A stretch of DNA of 64,000 bases, taken from assembly GCF_964355755.1 (NCBI RefSeq), contig NC_092673.1, forward strand, positions 434,001 through 498,000. The letters run 5' to 3'. The first letter of the stretch is position 1. The number at the start of each line of letters is the position of its first letter. This stretch comes from Antedon mediterranea (taxonomy: Eukaryota; Animalia; Echinodermata). A program made the position numbers and the translations under genes. The notes below the pieces were generated by a model. The model did no database searches and was not told where the DNA came from. It worked only from the letters and a program-made list of their open reading frames with translations. Below are positions 1 through 12,880 of the stretch, in pieces.

Positions 1-189
1 GGTCATGCCATGTCTGTGCTGCCAATTCTAGCGCTTATTTGTCTGTCCATCTTCATCATTGTCATCATCATTGTCATCATCATCATTATTATAGCCATCC
101 GTATTGTCATCTTCTTTATGATAATCATTTTATAAATCATCACCATCACCTTTAGTAAGACAGAATGTTTCCACCAGCAGTAACTTTAC

Positions 190-383
190 CTTGTATCAAC
201 TGATTTTATTTTCAAATCCATATCATGCTTTGTCCAGAATGCACTTTGTTTAATGTCAATATCAGCCTCGGCTGCCACCGATACAAATGGACGAAACACA
301 GCAAAAAGGACCATTGATGGCACTTTTGATGTTGATTTGATCAAGTTGGGAAAATGCCGCATTTTTCCAGAACAATGCATTTT
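190..383 (-). CDS. AHR: AhR-like exon 6, end of PAS-A and start of PAS-B (KMHCSGKMRHF...LFAVFRP...FWTKHDMDLKIKSVDTR); gene continues beyond the window
   Basis: FWTKHDMD matches AHR FRTKHKLD. Acceptor TTTCAG at 384 and donor AG|GTAAAG at 189 (phase 2). Confidence 0.88.
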
Positions 384-590
384 CTGAAAAAGGTTAAAAA
401 TGAATGTTTATTACAAATGTTAAGTTAAATTTTTTAAATTTGGACTAATTCTTTCAGAAAAAGGATTATTACGTCTATTTTAGGAATGGATACACCCACT
501 TTTCTTGGCTACATTAGATAAATTAAAACATAACTAATTTAAGTATAGCTTTTTTTCAATTCTATTGCTTAAGCCTCAATAAACACTTAC

Positions 591-695
591 CACAAAGCCT
601 GTACTGGTTCCATTGTAACATTTCATACGACATAGAAATGATACCTTTTTGCTCCGTGAGCCATTTTCACTATTCTTCAGAATCTGTTTATGCAC
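591..695 (-). CDS. AHR: AhR-like exon 5 (VHKQILKNSENGSRSKKVSFLCRMKCYNGTSTGFV)
   Basis: SFLCRMKC..STGF resembles AHR FICRLRCLLDNSSGF. Acceptor TTTACAG and donor GTAAGT; 105 nt, phase 0-0. Confidence 0.88.
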
Positions 696-782
696 CTGTA
701 AAACAATACATTTCAATCACTTTTAAATAAATTGTAGAAGGGATTCCAATTTTTACCTCATTTAAAACATTCTGAATACATA

Positions 783-970
783 TTAGTTCAGCTTGGTGGT
801 TAACATGCTTGCCTTCCAATTCAAAGGTCCAGGGTTCAATCCTGACCTAGTGCCAGATTTGTTACGCACAACTCTTTGCCTCAAAATTATAAGCATGATA
901 AATGATAAACTAGTTTATCCATCCTGTAATTGGCCAGTTACTTGCTGTTGAATGTGTATGAAATCAAAAT
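783..970 (+). mobile_element. tRNA-derived SINE, decayed
   Basis: A-box-like CAGCTTGGTGG and B-box-like GGTTCAATCC at tRNA spacing, followed by a non-tRNA body. Confidence 0.6.
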
Positions 971-1013
971 TTAACAAATATCTGTAAATTTGCTATAAAT
1001 GTTTCTTTCTTAC

Positions 1014-1211
1014 AAGTGATTTGGTAGCTTTATCAGACAGCGTATGCTCCAGGACAACCTTCAGCTCGTGATGGTCGTCAGGATGGACAATACCATAAAG
1101 ACACCGGTGAACGAGGTCTACCTGGTTAAAACCTAGATGAGTTGATATGTTGTCTGTTGCATATAGGATAGTGCCATCCGATGTAACCACAACCAAGAAC
1201 CCATCTAATGA
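1014..1211 (-). CDS. AHR: AhR-like exon 4, PAS-A (SLDGFLVVVTSDGTILYATDNISTHLGFNQVDLVHRCLYGIVHPDDHHEL...)
   Basis: Classic PAS-A signature. Acceptor TTTTGCAG at 1212 and donor GTAAGA at 1013; 198 nt, phase 0-0. Confidence 0.92.
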
Positions 1212-1665
1212 CTGCAAAATACAATCAAAGATACATAGATAGAAAATTATTATATTGAATTAATTTGATTAATTAATAATTAATGTACAGATAATTAAAT
1301 GTGATCACTGAATATATTGCATCATATAAATATGAGATATGGTTTACTGTTACCAGCAGGGCCAATCTTCACCAAAAACAGTAGGCTGATCTATCTAGCC
1401 AAATCTACTCTCTAACTAGCTAAGTGGCATCAAACTGAGACTGCCTGAGACTGAGAGAGAAGCAAGGCCTGGACTGGCCTAGGCCTGTAACTAACCTACT
1501 AATTCAAGCAAATAAGCTAACAGCTGGTTTAGTTATATTTATATATTTAATGTGTAACAATCTATCACATCCATACTTCGATATACAGGAAAAAAAATTA
1601 ATTAAGGTTAAATGAAACCGGACATAGGCCTAACAAAACTCAAACTCCTATCAACTAACTTTAGG

Positions 1666-1762
1666 CCAATCTCCGCCCCCTCAACATTGCTAAGTTTATA
1701 CGCATGCGTATGTTTTGATTTCTGTTTTTTTTTTTTGGTTTTACTCTAGGCCTACTTCCGGG
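1666..1762 (+). promoter_or_regulatory. Compact housekeeping-type promoter of AP5S1
   Basis: CCAAT at 1666, GC box CCGCCCCC at 1673, NRF1-like palindrome ATACGCATGCGTAT at 1698-1711, and ETS/GABP site ACTTCCGG at 1754, all within 170 bp of the ATG. Confidence 0.7.
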
Positions 1763-1835
1763 TTGTAAACGAAAATACTGACTGTACTTGGACTGAGTTT
1801 TAGCTATTTATGATGTTATTTATGCTTATAATATA

Positions 1836-2456
1836 ATGGTTTATGCTTTTATAGCTCATTCATTATTACCAGGAACATGCAGAGTTTTGTATTCGACCAC
1901 TTTTGGACTAGAAGATTCACAAACAGTCAACTACATTTCTAGGCCTAGTGATGTTGATTCGGAAAGTAAGCATGACACGGGGAAGGACTGCCGAGTTGAG
2001 CGCAAAGAACAGATGTCGTCCGTAGCTAGACAAGTACAATCTGAGTTCTCATTTCGTAAAGCTGTTTTAGGATGTTCTGTTGAAGATGATATGCTAAGAC
2101 ATTCAATAGAAGATCCAACAGTAAAATCGATTTCAGGTTGTTTTCGTTTGCCTGCAGGGGACCCATTTGTAACTGAGAAAATCGTTCTATGGCAAGGAAT
2201 AGGAAACTTAGGCTTATCGCTTGTATGTGAGAAGTATGAAAATCGTCTCCAGGCTGAAGCTATTTTGAAGTTGTTAGCAAGATATTTACAAGAACATTTA
2301 AAGGCTTTGGATCAACCACAGGAAATTCTTCTGAAAATGGACAAAGTGGCTGCAATAGTCCATCACATTTTACCTCAGGGTCAACTATTATTCATGAACA
2401 ATACAGTTGTTAAACAAATCGAAAAAGAACTTGACAATATGATTAATTCTAAATAA
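1836..2456 (+). CDS. AP5S1: AP-5 complex subunit sigma-1, single exon, nested antisense in intron 3 of the AhR-like gene
   Basis: The 206-aa ORF matches AP5S1 motifs along its length (MVYAFIAHSL, CRVLYSTTFG, RKEQ..VARQVQS, FRLPAGDPF, VLWQG, ENRLQAE..L, LPQGQLLFMN..VKQIEKE). AATAAA at 2452 and 2472. Confidence 0.95.
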   Translation: MVYAFIAHSLLPGTCRVLYSTTFGLEDSQTVNYISRPSDVDSESKHDTGKDCRVERKEQMSSVARQVQSEFSFRKAVLGCSVEDDMLRHSIEDPTVKSISGCFRLPAGDPFVTEKIVLWQGIGNLGLSLVCEKYENRLQAEAILKLLARYLQEHLKALDQPQEILLKMDKVAAIVHHILPQGQLLFMNNTVVKQIEKELDNMINSK

Positions 2457-2581
2457 AAATAATAGTTTTCGAATAAATTGCATTATATATCGTAAAAATA
2501 GTTTTTTATTTCAATTTCAAGAAGTAGTCGACTTTCGAATTTAAAAAAAAAATAATATGTTTAATTAATAATCATACTGAC

Positions 2582-2760
2582 CTCTAACGACAAATTCCTC
2601 TCCGTTTGTTCGTCTACTTCAGAGGATGTGGTATATTTTCTTTCTTTTGGGATACAGGTACCGGTCCATTCAAGTGGTGTATGTGTGTGTCCTAGTGGTG
2701 ACATTTGTATGTCGTCTGGGGCTGATGACTCGGGTTCTGGTAACGTTGTAAGACCAGCAG
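2582..2760 (-). CDS. AHR: AhR-like exon 3, bHLH-to-PAS-A linker (AAGLTTLPEPESSAPDDIQ...EQTERNLSLE)
   Basis: Acceptor GACAG at 2761 and donor GAG|GTCAGT at 2581. The 179 nt are stop-free in the frame required by both neighbours (phase 1 to 0). Confidence 0.8.
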
Positions 2761-4890
2761 CTGTCGGTAAAACAATGATAACACCGTATAAATTATAAAA
2801 TCTTTTCTGATATGAGACACCCTTATAATAGGCCCAATAATAAAATTATTCCACTTCCCATTTGTCAAACAAAGATAAACATTAAAATACATAGTAATAA
2901 GATTGTTGAACTGAAAGTATTTTAAAGTTCAAGTTTGCCTCATTTTAAAATTACGCAACATCAACATCACTCGTGTGTTGTTTAAATTTCTTAGCGGCCG
3001 CACTTAAGTTTGTCTTGCTTTCAGGCATTTTCTTTGTACACTTGGTGAATGGCTAGTCATGGTTCGATGCATGGTCTACTTCCGTACTGATCAATGTTAT
3101 CAATATTTCAGCAAATATGATATTTATTTGTAAAACGCTCGAAAGGTCCAAGGGAAGGGCAGATTGTGATGAGAACATACAAAATGACAAGCTTATTATA
3201 GGAATATAGATAAGAATAACGCGTCAGATGCTGGTTTCAACGCGTTATATAAAGTGTCATGTTATTTGACGAACGTCAATCAAATCGTACTTATCTCGTT
3301 CTTTGGTGGGCGTTTGTTATCGCAATGCCATTCAACATTTGTAGCATACAAATTGTAGATAACATCAACCGCAAAATTTTGGGTCAATTTGAATTTATAT
3401 TTGTGTACAAGAGTTCAAAAATAAGAAAACAAAATTATACGACAAAAATAGACTCATTCATTCAAAAGACATTTATTTTCCTCCATAGCAATACAAAATA
3501 ATAAACAGAAATGGTAAGGTATATTAAAAATGAAATAGATGATTGTTGGATATATAAAAGAAAAGTGAATTTAAGAAAATTGGGTATGGAGGAAGGCATA
3601 ATCCCGAGAAGATGAGGAAATCTTGTGCTGGGTATGCCTATGCAAGACATCAACACGATCTCAAAGAAAAGTACATACTTTTTCAGATTGCTAAGAGAAT
3701 AAGAATTTTAAAAGTATATAGACTATATCGAGATAATAATTGACCAATTAGATGAATAAAAAATATATTTACAAAACTGACCGATCCCTGACCACCGAGA
3801 TTTCGCTTGATCAAGGTCAAGTCTCGGTTTGGGGAAAACATTCGTAAATGAGTGTTGTATTGACTACATTTACGATTAAAGAACATTACATATAAACTAC
3901 TTTCTTGCATTCATGATCATGGAAAAATTAGTTTCCATGGTATGATTAAGCAAACTATCATTGTAGGTATTTTCAAATAATACAACGTTGCTATGAACCG
4001 ATGCTAGAACCACAGGAAAATAGTCAAATATTGACTCGACATGTAAGTCCAATCTTGGATCAACAAAGGATAAGGACCAGCAATAGACGTTAAAGAGGAC
4101 ATCACTAAGTCGTATCATTTATCATAGTGATAGATTACACTAATATCGTATCCTCTGTATAGGAATAGGAGACGTAATCATGTTACTTATATTGCGTGAT
4201 GATTTGCTTGATCTAATATTTACAAATATTGAGTTGTGAATCATAAGCAATTATGATGTACTCGATATTAATATTTTAGTAATAACGCCTTTTCCGCCAA
4301 TATTCATATATTGACTAAACTAAATGATTACATCTTGACGTCTATCAATCAAATATAACACGTAAGAGACATGTTATCTGCTAGACAATGTTTATTACAA
4401 CATTGCCTCTTAAGATTTTTTTACATATTTCCTTTCCTTTTTTTATTCTTTGTTTGGTCTTTCTCCTCATTTGTTGCACCAGTAAAACAGCCCCTGGCCT
4501 ACAATGGTATTACCGATAATTACATGTTAAATCTTGGGACTATATATCTTTATAATAAAACGTATGGCAAAACTTATTCCTTTTCTTACTCAAAATATAC
4601 CGTACTCCAAAATATACTGTACTCCAAAATATACTGTACTCCAAAATAAAAATATAGTAGGCTTAAAATATAATGAAAATGCGTTGCATGCTCCCACCAA
4701 GCGTTACTGGAAGACGGAATGGAAATGTATTTGTTCTCTATAAAATATTAGAAGCTGTTGTACACATTACAAATAGGCCTATGCAAATCTATTATAACGA
4801 AATAAAAATGATTAAATTAAAATAAAAGTTTAATATTTCTAATATATACGGCAGGCCTAATTAAAACATTAGCCATACTGAATTGAAAAT

Positions 4891-5191
4891 TATTTATTTT
4901 TTTTTTATTTTATTTAATTTTCAGGCAAACATACATGACAACACAGCGGTGCAGCACCCTGAGGATTGCCATGAGTGCAAAGCACTATCGAGATGGCTCT
5001 CCATATACTGCACTAGAACATATAAGACAAACATATACACAAGATGCTCTACATAGACAAAGACTTATTATTAAGTCTTTGGGAGTGGAGTTGTAAATTG
5101 TCATGAGAAAAAAACCCTGACATATGACAGGACTTGAACCCAGGACCCTTAGATTGGTAGCCAAGCATCATAACCACCAAGCCACAGCTCC
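4891..5191 (-). mobile_element. tRNA-derived SINE with A-rich tail
   Basis: Minus strand reads GGAGCTGTGGCTTGGTGG...GGGTTCAAGTCC (A and B boxes), then a ~200-bp body and an A-rich tail at 4891-4921. Confidence 0.7.
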
Positions 5192-8100
5192 ACTCCAAAT
5201 TAAGTCGATCGTTATAAATTTACAATCATTAATAATAATAAATCAACCGTTTATAGTTAAAACAAAAAGTCATAATGAACTTTTCCAAAATTTATTGAGA
5301 AATGATTCAAGTCACAACAATAACAATTTACCAAGGAGCATAATATTTTATCTCCTTTTATTTGACATTTCAAATCATATTGTTCTTTAGCATTCACCAT
5401 CATTACATCTTTTTAAAACTCTTTATCAACGTACATGTTGTCGATTCACAATAAATTAGCCAGATAATATAAATTGTCTAGAATATTGTTATACTACGAT
5501 TATATCATAATGCGAATCATCGTGGACGCTGCGGGCACACTATTGATGTGTAGGCTCGTGTTTTAAATCAAGCAAAAACTAATCGGAAAAACGTTTCCAT
5601 CACAAAATGGAATTAAGTCACAGGTATATAAATCAACAGGTTGGATTCTAAGTAGTTAAGATATTGTGTTTGAAAATTATATAATGTTTATTACTGCAAC
5701 ATTTTCATATTATTATTTTTACACAAAACATGATGAACAAGCAACGTAATGTCTAAATGTATTACTTACAATATTTCAGTATATATTTTACAAATTCGCC
5801 TACAAGGCCAAGTACATTAAAACAATGAATACAAACAACAATGTAAAGTTATATATTTTGTAAATGTTCATTGATTATTCAAATAACAACCAATTATACT
5901 ATTTGTTAATGTGTATAAACACATTCAGACTTATTTACAATGTGTTATAAACACATTTTTAAGTTTTCTTGTCATGTTTCATTTAACTTTTAACCTAAAA
6001 CAATCATAGGCCTATTAGTTATTATCATTATACATTATTATTTATTATATTTCTTTGAAACAGCAAGGAAATCTTGTAATAAATAATGTGTTAATTTTTA
6101 ATGAAAGAAATAATGTTTATTTGATTTAAAATTAGTATTGTAAAATTGCTTCCTAATTTCAGGCCAATTGTATTGAGTTTGACGCGAATAAAAATATTGA
6201 AACACTGGATATTGAATGTGTAACGAGTTTAGTTATTGAAACACTGGAAATTGAATGTGTAACGCGTTTTGTTACTACATGCACATAAATAACCATTCAT
6301 TTACGATATATTCATTTTTGACGAGTAGGAAAAATAACAGAATATGAAAATGAAAATGTTTTTTCTTTTAAGAATACGATGTTAAAACTTAAAATTCCTA
6401 ACCCTCTGGATTAATGTGTTACCTAAGATGAACTTTGGTGACGAAAAGACGAACTTACTAAAATTATGTTTGTTTATTAAAGTGATAAATTACACTGGAG
6501 AAGTACATAACAAAACCCGAAATATCGACGTTTTAGACGGATAAAAATCCAAGACCGAGAAACCGAATTTGATGGATTTGAAGTCCTCTCTAGCAGGATG
6601 AGAGCCCTTATGTTAAGCTAACAAAACGTAGATGGACGTGGCTCAGACATAGTACAAACTCTAGGTGTGTGTGCCCATTAAAGACCACTTAATGCGACGT
6701 TTGACTAACAGAATTGATAAGCACACAGTAACTTCAAATAAAGTCTTACTTTTAAGACAGTAATCACAGTTTGTAAATATTAAGGGGTATTTAAGAACCA
6801 ACTAACGACAATTAAGTCTTAATTGAATTTTAATGCGATATACTTAAACAATGAAGCAAATGTTGAAGATATTAAAACGAATTAGGCCTAATATCAAAAA
6901 ACAAAATAAAACCATCATGGACTATGTTAATAGATCAAATTAGCTTATATTTTTATTTATCTCAATTGATTATAAATATTAGTAATTAAAGCATAGGCTA
7001 ACGTTAAGAATGGACTACACAAACAACTCATGAAATCCGACCTTAGTAAATTAAGTATTTGAAATCGATATGTTGATGTGTACACACATTAATATGCTTA
7101 CATTCTGTAAAGTAAAGTGTGTCTTGGATTAACATTCTACGAACGAAAATGTGTGTATAATAGAGTGTGTGGTTAATGGTTCGTTCCCTTTAACCCATCG
7201 GTGCTCAATTTAAAAAATCCATAGTGCGTCCAGGTTAAGACCATCTACAGTAGGCCTAGTTGGTGTATTATATTAATGTTGAAGATGGTGGTATTGATAA
7301 CCTAAGAATATCCCAACACAAATCCATCCACATGTAATACATAATGTAAAACTATATTACAAAATTGTCCTGAAAAATAGTTTCATAAGTGGAGATAGTA
7401 CAGTAGGCCTACAGACAATGATAAGTGGAGATAGTACAGTAGGCCTACAGAGAATCAGGAAAGAACGGGCGATAGTAATTGCTATTGGTGGCTATCATGA
7501 CGATCCTGCAGTTAATGATGATTACATAATGATAATAATGTGTTTTTTACAATAATATTGTTAACTTCATGGATATGTACATAATTATTTAAGTCAGTTT
7601 TTAAAGTTTCGAAAGAGAACATCAATGACCTTGAATGTAAAAACAACAGTAGGCCTACAGACAGTACAACGCCATTATCATCAAGTCAGCTTTTTAAATG
7701 TAGACTCTACGTATCTTAACTTTATTATTAAGTCGAAGTGGCATTAACATCAACAAAAAAGTCTTACCTCACACGGATATATGCTAATACAGTAATTATT
7801 CATCACAAGCTATAAGAATAAGCTTAGGTGGGTGAGCAAGCGCCAAGGCCAGAGTTCCGCATCCAATATATTTTTAAATCTTATTATATCTTCATATGTT
7901 TTGTTCTTAAGTACCAATTAACTTTCAATAACATGATAAACCAAAACAAAACTGAGAACAACGTGTTCATAATTAAGCTGGCGAGGTGGGACTTTACAAA
8001 AAAACAGAACAGAACAAAACAACCGTTTGTTTGTATTATACATATGAATAATTGTAGGTAATTATCAGCAATAGAAATAAATTTATGGGATTCAATCAGT

Positions 8101-10031
8101 ATTATTCAAACGAAAAATATCACTATATCGCCGCACGTGGTACTTCTTTATTCATAAAACTTACCATTTTAAAAAGTGTCATCTTAACTATTGGCTTTGA
8201 AATTTAAATGATTACATCTCTTTCAGATGATGCGATGAGAAGCCTGGAATGAAGTCAGTAGCTGGTGGCAGCACTGAAATAAGCATGGACCTGTAAACGA
8301 CACGAGTGTGTTAGCCTCTCCACGTGTTTCATAACGTCAGGTCGCGTGTACAATCAAATTAATAAGGCAATTTCACTATCCATTTTTATAATCTTGTATA
8401 TAATTAACAATGGGTTAAAATCCAGAAAATCTCACTTTGTGATGACGTCATCAATAGTATAAACTTATAATTTTTATCTAAAAGTTGTGAAGATCGTTAA
8501 GATTACCTTAATCTTTTAAAATGTAATCTAATTTATAAATTTAGGAGAGCCTTAGAAAACTTTTCCTCTAAAACTACTTCTAATTGTAATTCACTAATAT
8601 ATTGCCTTTAGTAAAAATCATGGAAACTTTTATTTTTAATAGATATGTTATTATTATATTCAACCAATATAAATAGGAGGGTCCTGGCTGTAGTGGTCAT
8701 TCTAAATCTGTTATTACAATATTTCCGGTCATTAACTTCCTAAATCATAGAGTGGACGCGCACTACTAAAATCGAACTAAAAAATCAGTAACTCGCTATT
8801 ATGTAATAATTATATTACGAAATTATGTAGGCCTACATTGAAACGACGCACAATCGATGAATATCGCCTATGCGGTAAGGCATTTAAGTGGAGAGTGAGA
8901 GGGGGGGGGGGGGCGGTGTAATAATAATGTAGAACCCATTTGGAAATGAAATTAAAAGTTTAAATCATGGTTATCCTGATTGGTGTTCTCTTTTGTCTAT
9001 GTATACTTTAAAATCAATTAATATTGATGGATACAAGTGAAATCTGATTCTGGTCCGTAAATGTGTAAATTCAACACAACGAGGCCTAGGTTAATAATAT
9101 TCCCATCCTCAACTAAACAAAATTATATAAGATTGTTCATGAGTCTTGAGCGTGTTAAGAACGAATCAGATCCAATCCACCACTAGGAATAAAAATGCCT
9201 TACGCATCCACATATCATAGTTCAGTACCCTAATTAATGACACCAACGCCTTCCGTGACAGCGTTTAAGAAATTGTCTAAATTTTCATTGTTACATTTAG
9301 ATATCAAGTGTGTAATAATGCTACAGAAATAATTAATTTAACCCATGAATGTTTAATTAGAGAGAGAAGCGAAACATTCATTTAGTCGTGTTACACGTGT
9401 TACAAGTTCGAATGTTAATACTAAATTGGATATTCGCCCTTGATACGGGTACAATCAAAGTATTGTTGGAATTCGTTTAATGGTTTTAATTGCTTTCCAC
9501 ATTACAAAGTTAAAAGCGAAAAATTGTATCCGACGATTTGTTTCGTTGACATTGATGGAACACATCAAATTAAATGTATTTTATAATATAACTAGTACTG
9601 TGACAAATTAATAAATTGTATAAAATGTTCTAATGAACACAATTTTTAAAAATATATAATTATAGTGTATCCGGCATCTGGTTATGAAGAGAAAGAAGTA
9701 AAATTAATTTAATTACAGGATAGTTTGTAATTACAATAATCCACAGTTACTTAATTCTGAAAATTTGCATTAAAATATAAGCATTCGGCGTCGGTCAAAA
9801 CAAGACAATTAAGAAATGGTATTATATATGGATGGGTATAGGTAACACTACTCTATGTCAATCTGTATCCCGTATTTATCTTGTCTTCTTCTTTATTGTA
9901 TCAAACAATCAATACAAAAGGTAGCCAAGATATAGCCGAAGCTAATCAAGCTTGGTACCTTTTATCTTAACTAACTTAAGCTACGAAATTAACAAATAAA
10001 TAAATATGTCGTTTCAACATTGTGTTTCTTA

Positions 10032-10167
10032 AGCTCTGTCTACACTATCAAACTTTAATATATGGATGTGATGGTGTCATATCACTACCATATTTTGGTA
10101 TATTATTACCATATTTGGCCACATCACACTTTATTTGTCAAACTAGTTTGAGTGTAGTAGACACAGC
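10032..10167. mobile_element. PIF/Harbinger-type MITE, family A copy
   Basis: AGCTCTGTCTACACTATCAAA terminus, degenerate right TIR, TTA on both flanks. Confidence 0.8.
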
Positions 10168-10297
10168 ATTAGCTGTTTATTTATTATACGTTGTATACGG
10201 TGAAATAATGACTAAAAACATACATTTAAAGATGTATTGTCCCCCAAAAACATGACAAATTAAGAATAATAAAATCAATTAAAAAGTGGTACTTTAC

Positions 10298-10455
10298 CAT
10301 CGAAAAATATTTTCGTTCTGAAGTAGGAGATGACGAGTCTGAAGACGGTTTGGCTGTCCAGTTTACGGTGCAGGGTTGCCTTGTCAATCGGTAATAACGT
10401 CTCCAACGCTTTTATTTGCTCGCGTAACTTGTCTCGGTAACGTTTCGATTTAAAA
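10298..10455 (-). CDS. AHR: AhR-like exon 2, bHLH domain (SKRYRDKLREQIKALETLLPIDKATLHRKLDSQTVFRLVISYFRTKIFFD)
   Basis: Aligns by eye to the AHR bHLH ([34 protein letters not shown]). Acceptor AACAG at 10456 and donor G|GTAAAG at 10297; phases 2 and 1. Confidence 0.9.
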
Positions 10456-11962
10456 CTGTTAAAACGTGAAAAAAGGATAATTAATTGATATGCTAAATTG
10501 TTAATTGGATGTATTAATGATACAAAAATAAAATACATGATGAACAATAAAACAATACCAAATATTCGTTACATTGGATAACCAGTTCTTGTGACTGAAA
10601 TACGACAAAGGTATAAACGTTACAAGGCTTATAATTATAAATATTTATTTCAATACAATTTAATAAACTTTAGCAGAAAATAAATGGGGACAAGTCGATG
10701 TCAATCTATATATAGGCCTACATCGTTTTGATTTAGCTTTTTGCTTATTTTATTTTGTATCTCCATTGATATCCAGCCAGCTTTGTCATTTTTTTTTTAG
10801 TAATTTGCCTTGGGATCTGCATTTTTATATCAATAAATAATGTCGTACAAAATGTTGTTCCTTGGCTGTTGATTTATTACACGTGGTAAGCCTATATGTC
10901 CTAAACACATACATATAAAAAGGAAAACGTAATTTTCAACAGCAAATATGTGAACTACATTACAGTGGCTGACTTCAGTTTCATCAAACTGAAGCTGTAT
11001 GAATGAACGTACATTGTGTTTAAATATTAAAGTCTTTTATTTCCATCGTAATATATAACAATACTGTAACGAGAATTCACCTTGAAGAGTACATTATATC
11101 CATCACAAATATGAATATATTACATTTTCTATTATATCTTTATTTGTTATAAAATCGTATATTATATTAAAAAAGTATGTGTAAATTCATTGAAGATAGA
11201 TAAATAGTAGATATGTACAATTTAATAAATTATTACTCAATAGGCCAATATTTTGTATTAATCTTAATATACATTATCCAATATTTCAAACAAAACATAT
11301 ACCATTATATGAATAATGTTAAAGAAAAATATTGTCCCCCTGAAAAAAATATTTTTGTTGAATATGAAATTTTAATGTCACAGAATACCGTAGTTACCGG
11401 TATTCATTATGACCAAAAATTGGATTTTAAAAATATATATATTTACCTGTAAAAACTGTAATTTAAAGCAAATCATTGACTAGAAGTCAATGAGTTTTCG
11501 ATTTAACTTTTTGTAATGAATACATTTTTATAAACTGCAAAATAGCATATTTAAAGTTTATTTTTTTATTAATCTTCATTTTTCATGTTTTTACATCTTT
11601 AAACGTCTTTTTATAAATGTATTCGTGAACAAATCCACCTGTTGGTTTAAATAGTAACTTTTGCAGGTGTTCATCAAACCACATGCATGAGTTGTACATC
11701 TGAATACGTTGCCAGGTGGCTGCTACACATGTTTCAGACGTGATGTTCACATACTGATCTAGGCCTACAGGTTTATCAATTATTAATGAAAACGAACACA
11801 AACGATACTTTGTATATATATATATATTGCAAACAAACTTATTTAAATCTATTTAATTCTATTTATTTAACATTTTAAAGTGGATAACTCGTGTATGGCT
11901 TTTCATATTTAAACAAACTGGTATTAAGGTGTCCTCTATAAATTTAAATATTAAATCTATTT

Positions 11963-12090
11963 TAGGCCTCTGTAGGCCTATAGCAGGCCTCTGTATGCTT
12001 ATAGCAGGCCTCTGTAGGCCTATAGCAGGCCTCTGTAGGCCTATATCAGGCCTCTGTAGGCCTATAGTAGGCCTCTGTATGCCTATAGCA
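11963..12090. repeat. 21-bp minisatellite x6 (AGGCCTCTGTAGGCCTATAGC)
   Basis: Direct tandem copies; explains the AGLCRPI pseudo-ORF. Confidence 0.95.
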
Positions 12091-12880
12091 ATACATAAAA
12101 AAACGTTACAATAAAGACAATAAATATTTAATAATAAAGAAAATAATGTTTATGGACGAATAAATAATATTAAATTAAAAATGTTGACTAAAACCTGAAT
12201 GAAAGCTAGGCCTAATGTAGTAATAATATAACTAGTCGAAAATGACCCTCATCGTGCGATAAACCTTACTCTGTTGCCTTTCACAACCCGGTTCCCATCT
12301 AGGCTAAGTATTGGCTCTTTTGAAAATTGTCTAAAATATTACACAGTACATTACAATTACATCACAAACAATAATAAATGCTTTCATTTTAGTATAGAAT
12401 AGTTAACTTATTTTGTTTTTTCAAATTGGAAATTTGCGGTGTAGTAGTATGGCATATGAAAAACATACGTTAATAAATGTAGGCCTAGTCACGACAAGTA
12501 ATACGAAATTCATAATGTCTAACGTTTGATATGTGTTCATGTTAATATTAATACAAAATATGACGACCAACACGAACATCTAATGCCATTATCTGCATAT
12601 TACTGCACTGGTCGTGAATATACTTAGTTAAAATAAAAGAATTAGTTTTACGTTTTAGTGATGTGAGTGCGTGATTTTAATAAACAGTATAATGATCATG
12701 ATTAACCCGTAAGGATCGGTTCGTGTTACAATTAAAGAATAAACAAAACTTAAAACCGATTACGAACGTTTACTTAATTCCTAAGCAATTACATATTGCA
12801 AATGAAACGAATAAAACAGTTCAACTACTAAATTTGTAAAACATTTTTCAATTGTTTTCGTTACGAAGAACTTAGCTTAC

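Noticed and set aside
50-150. Asp/Met-rich coding sequence on the minus strand
   Set aside because: It is a degenerate (ATC)n microsatellite downstream of the exon 6 donor, with no clear acceptor.
2692-2892. 66-aa ORF from the track
   Set aside because: It is an alternative frame overlapping AhR-like exon 3 and the adjacent intron.
5125-5191. Functional tRNA genes (also at 783-850, about 59905-59960 and 61145-61190)
   Set aside because: A/B boxes are present, but I could not form a complete cloverleaf, and each is attached to a repeat body, so they are treated as SINE heads.
6420-6700. Possible RTE-LINE 3' remnant (other vague repeat-like stretches at 16.2-16.9, 27.1-27.25, 42.7-42.9, 44.35-44.64 and 53.06-53.23 kb)
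   Set aside because: Too degenerate; I could not define termini or a second copy within the window.
8165-8290. Internal coding exon of the AhR-like gene
   Set aside because: All three frames contain stops, and exon 2 joins exon 3 in phase without it.
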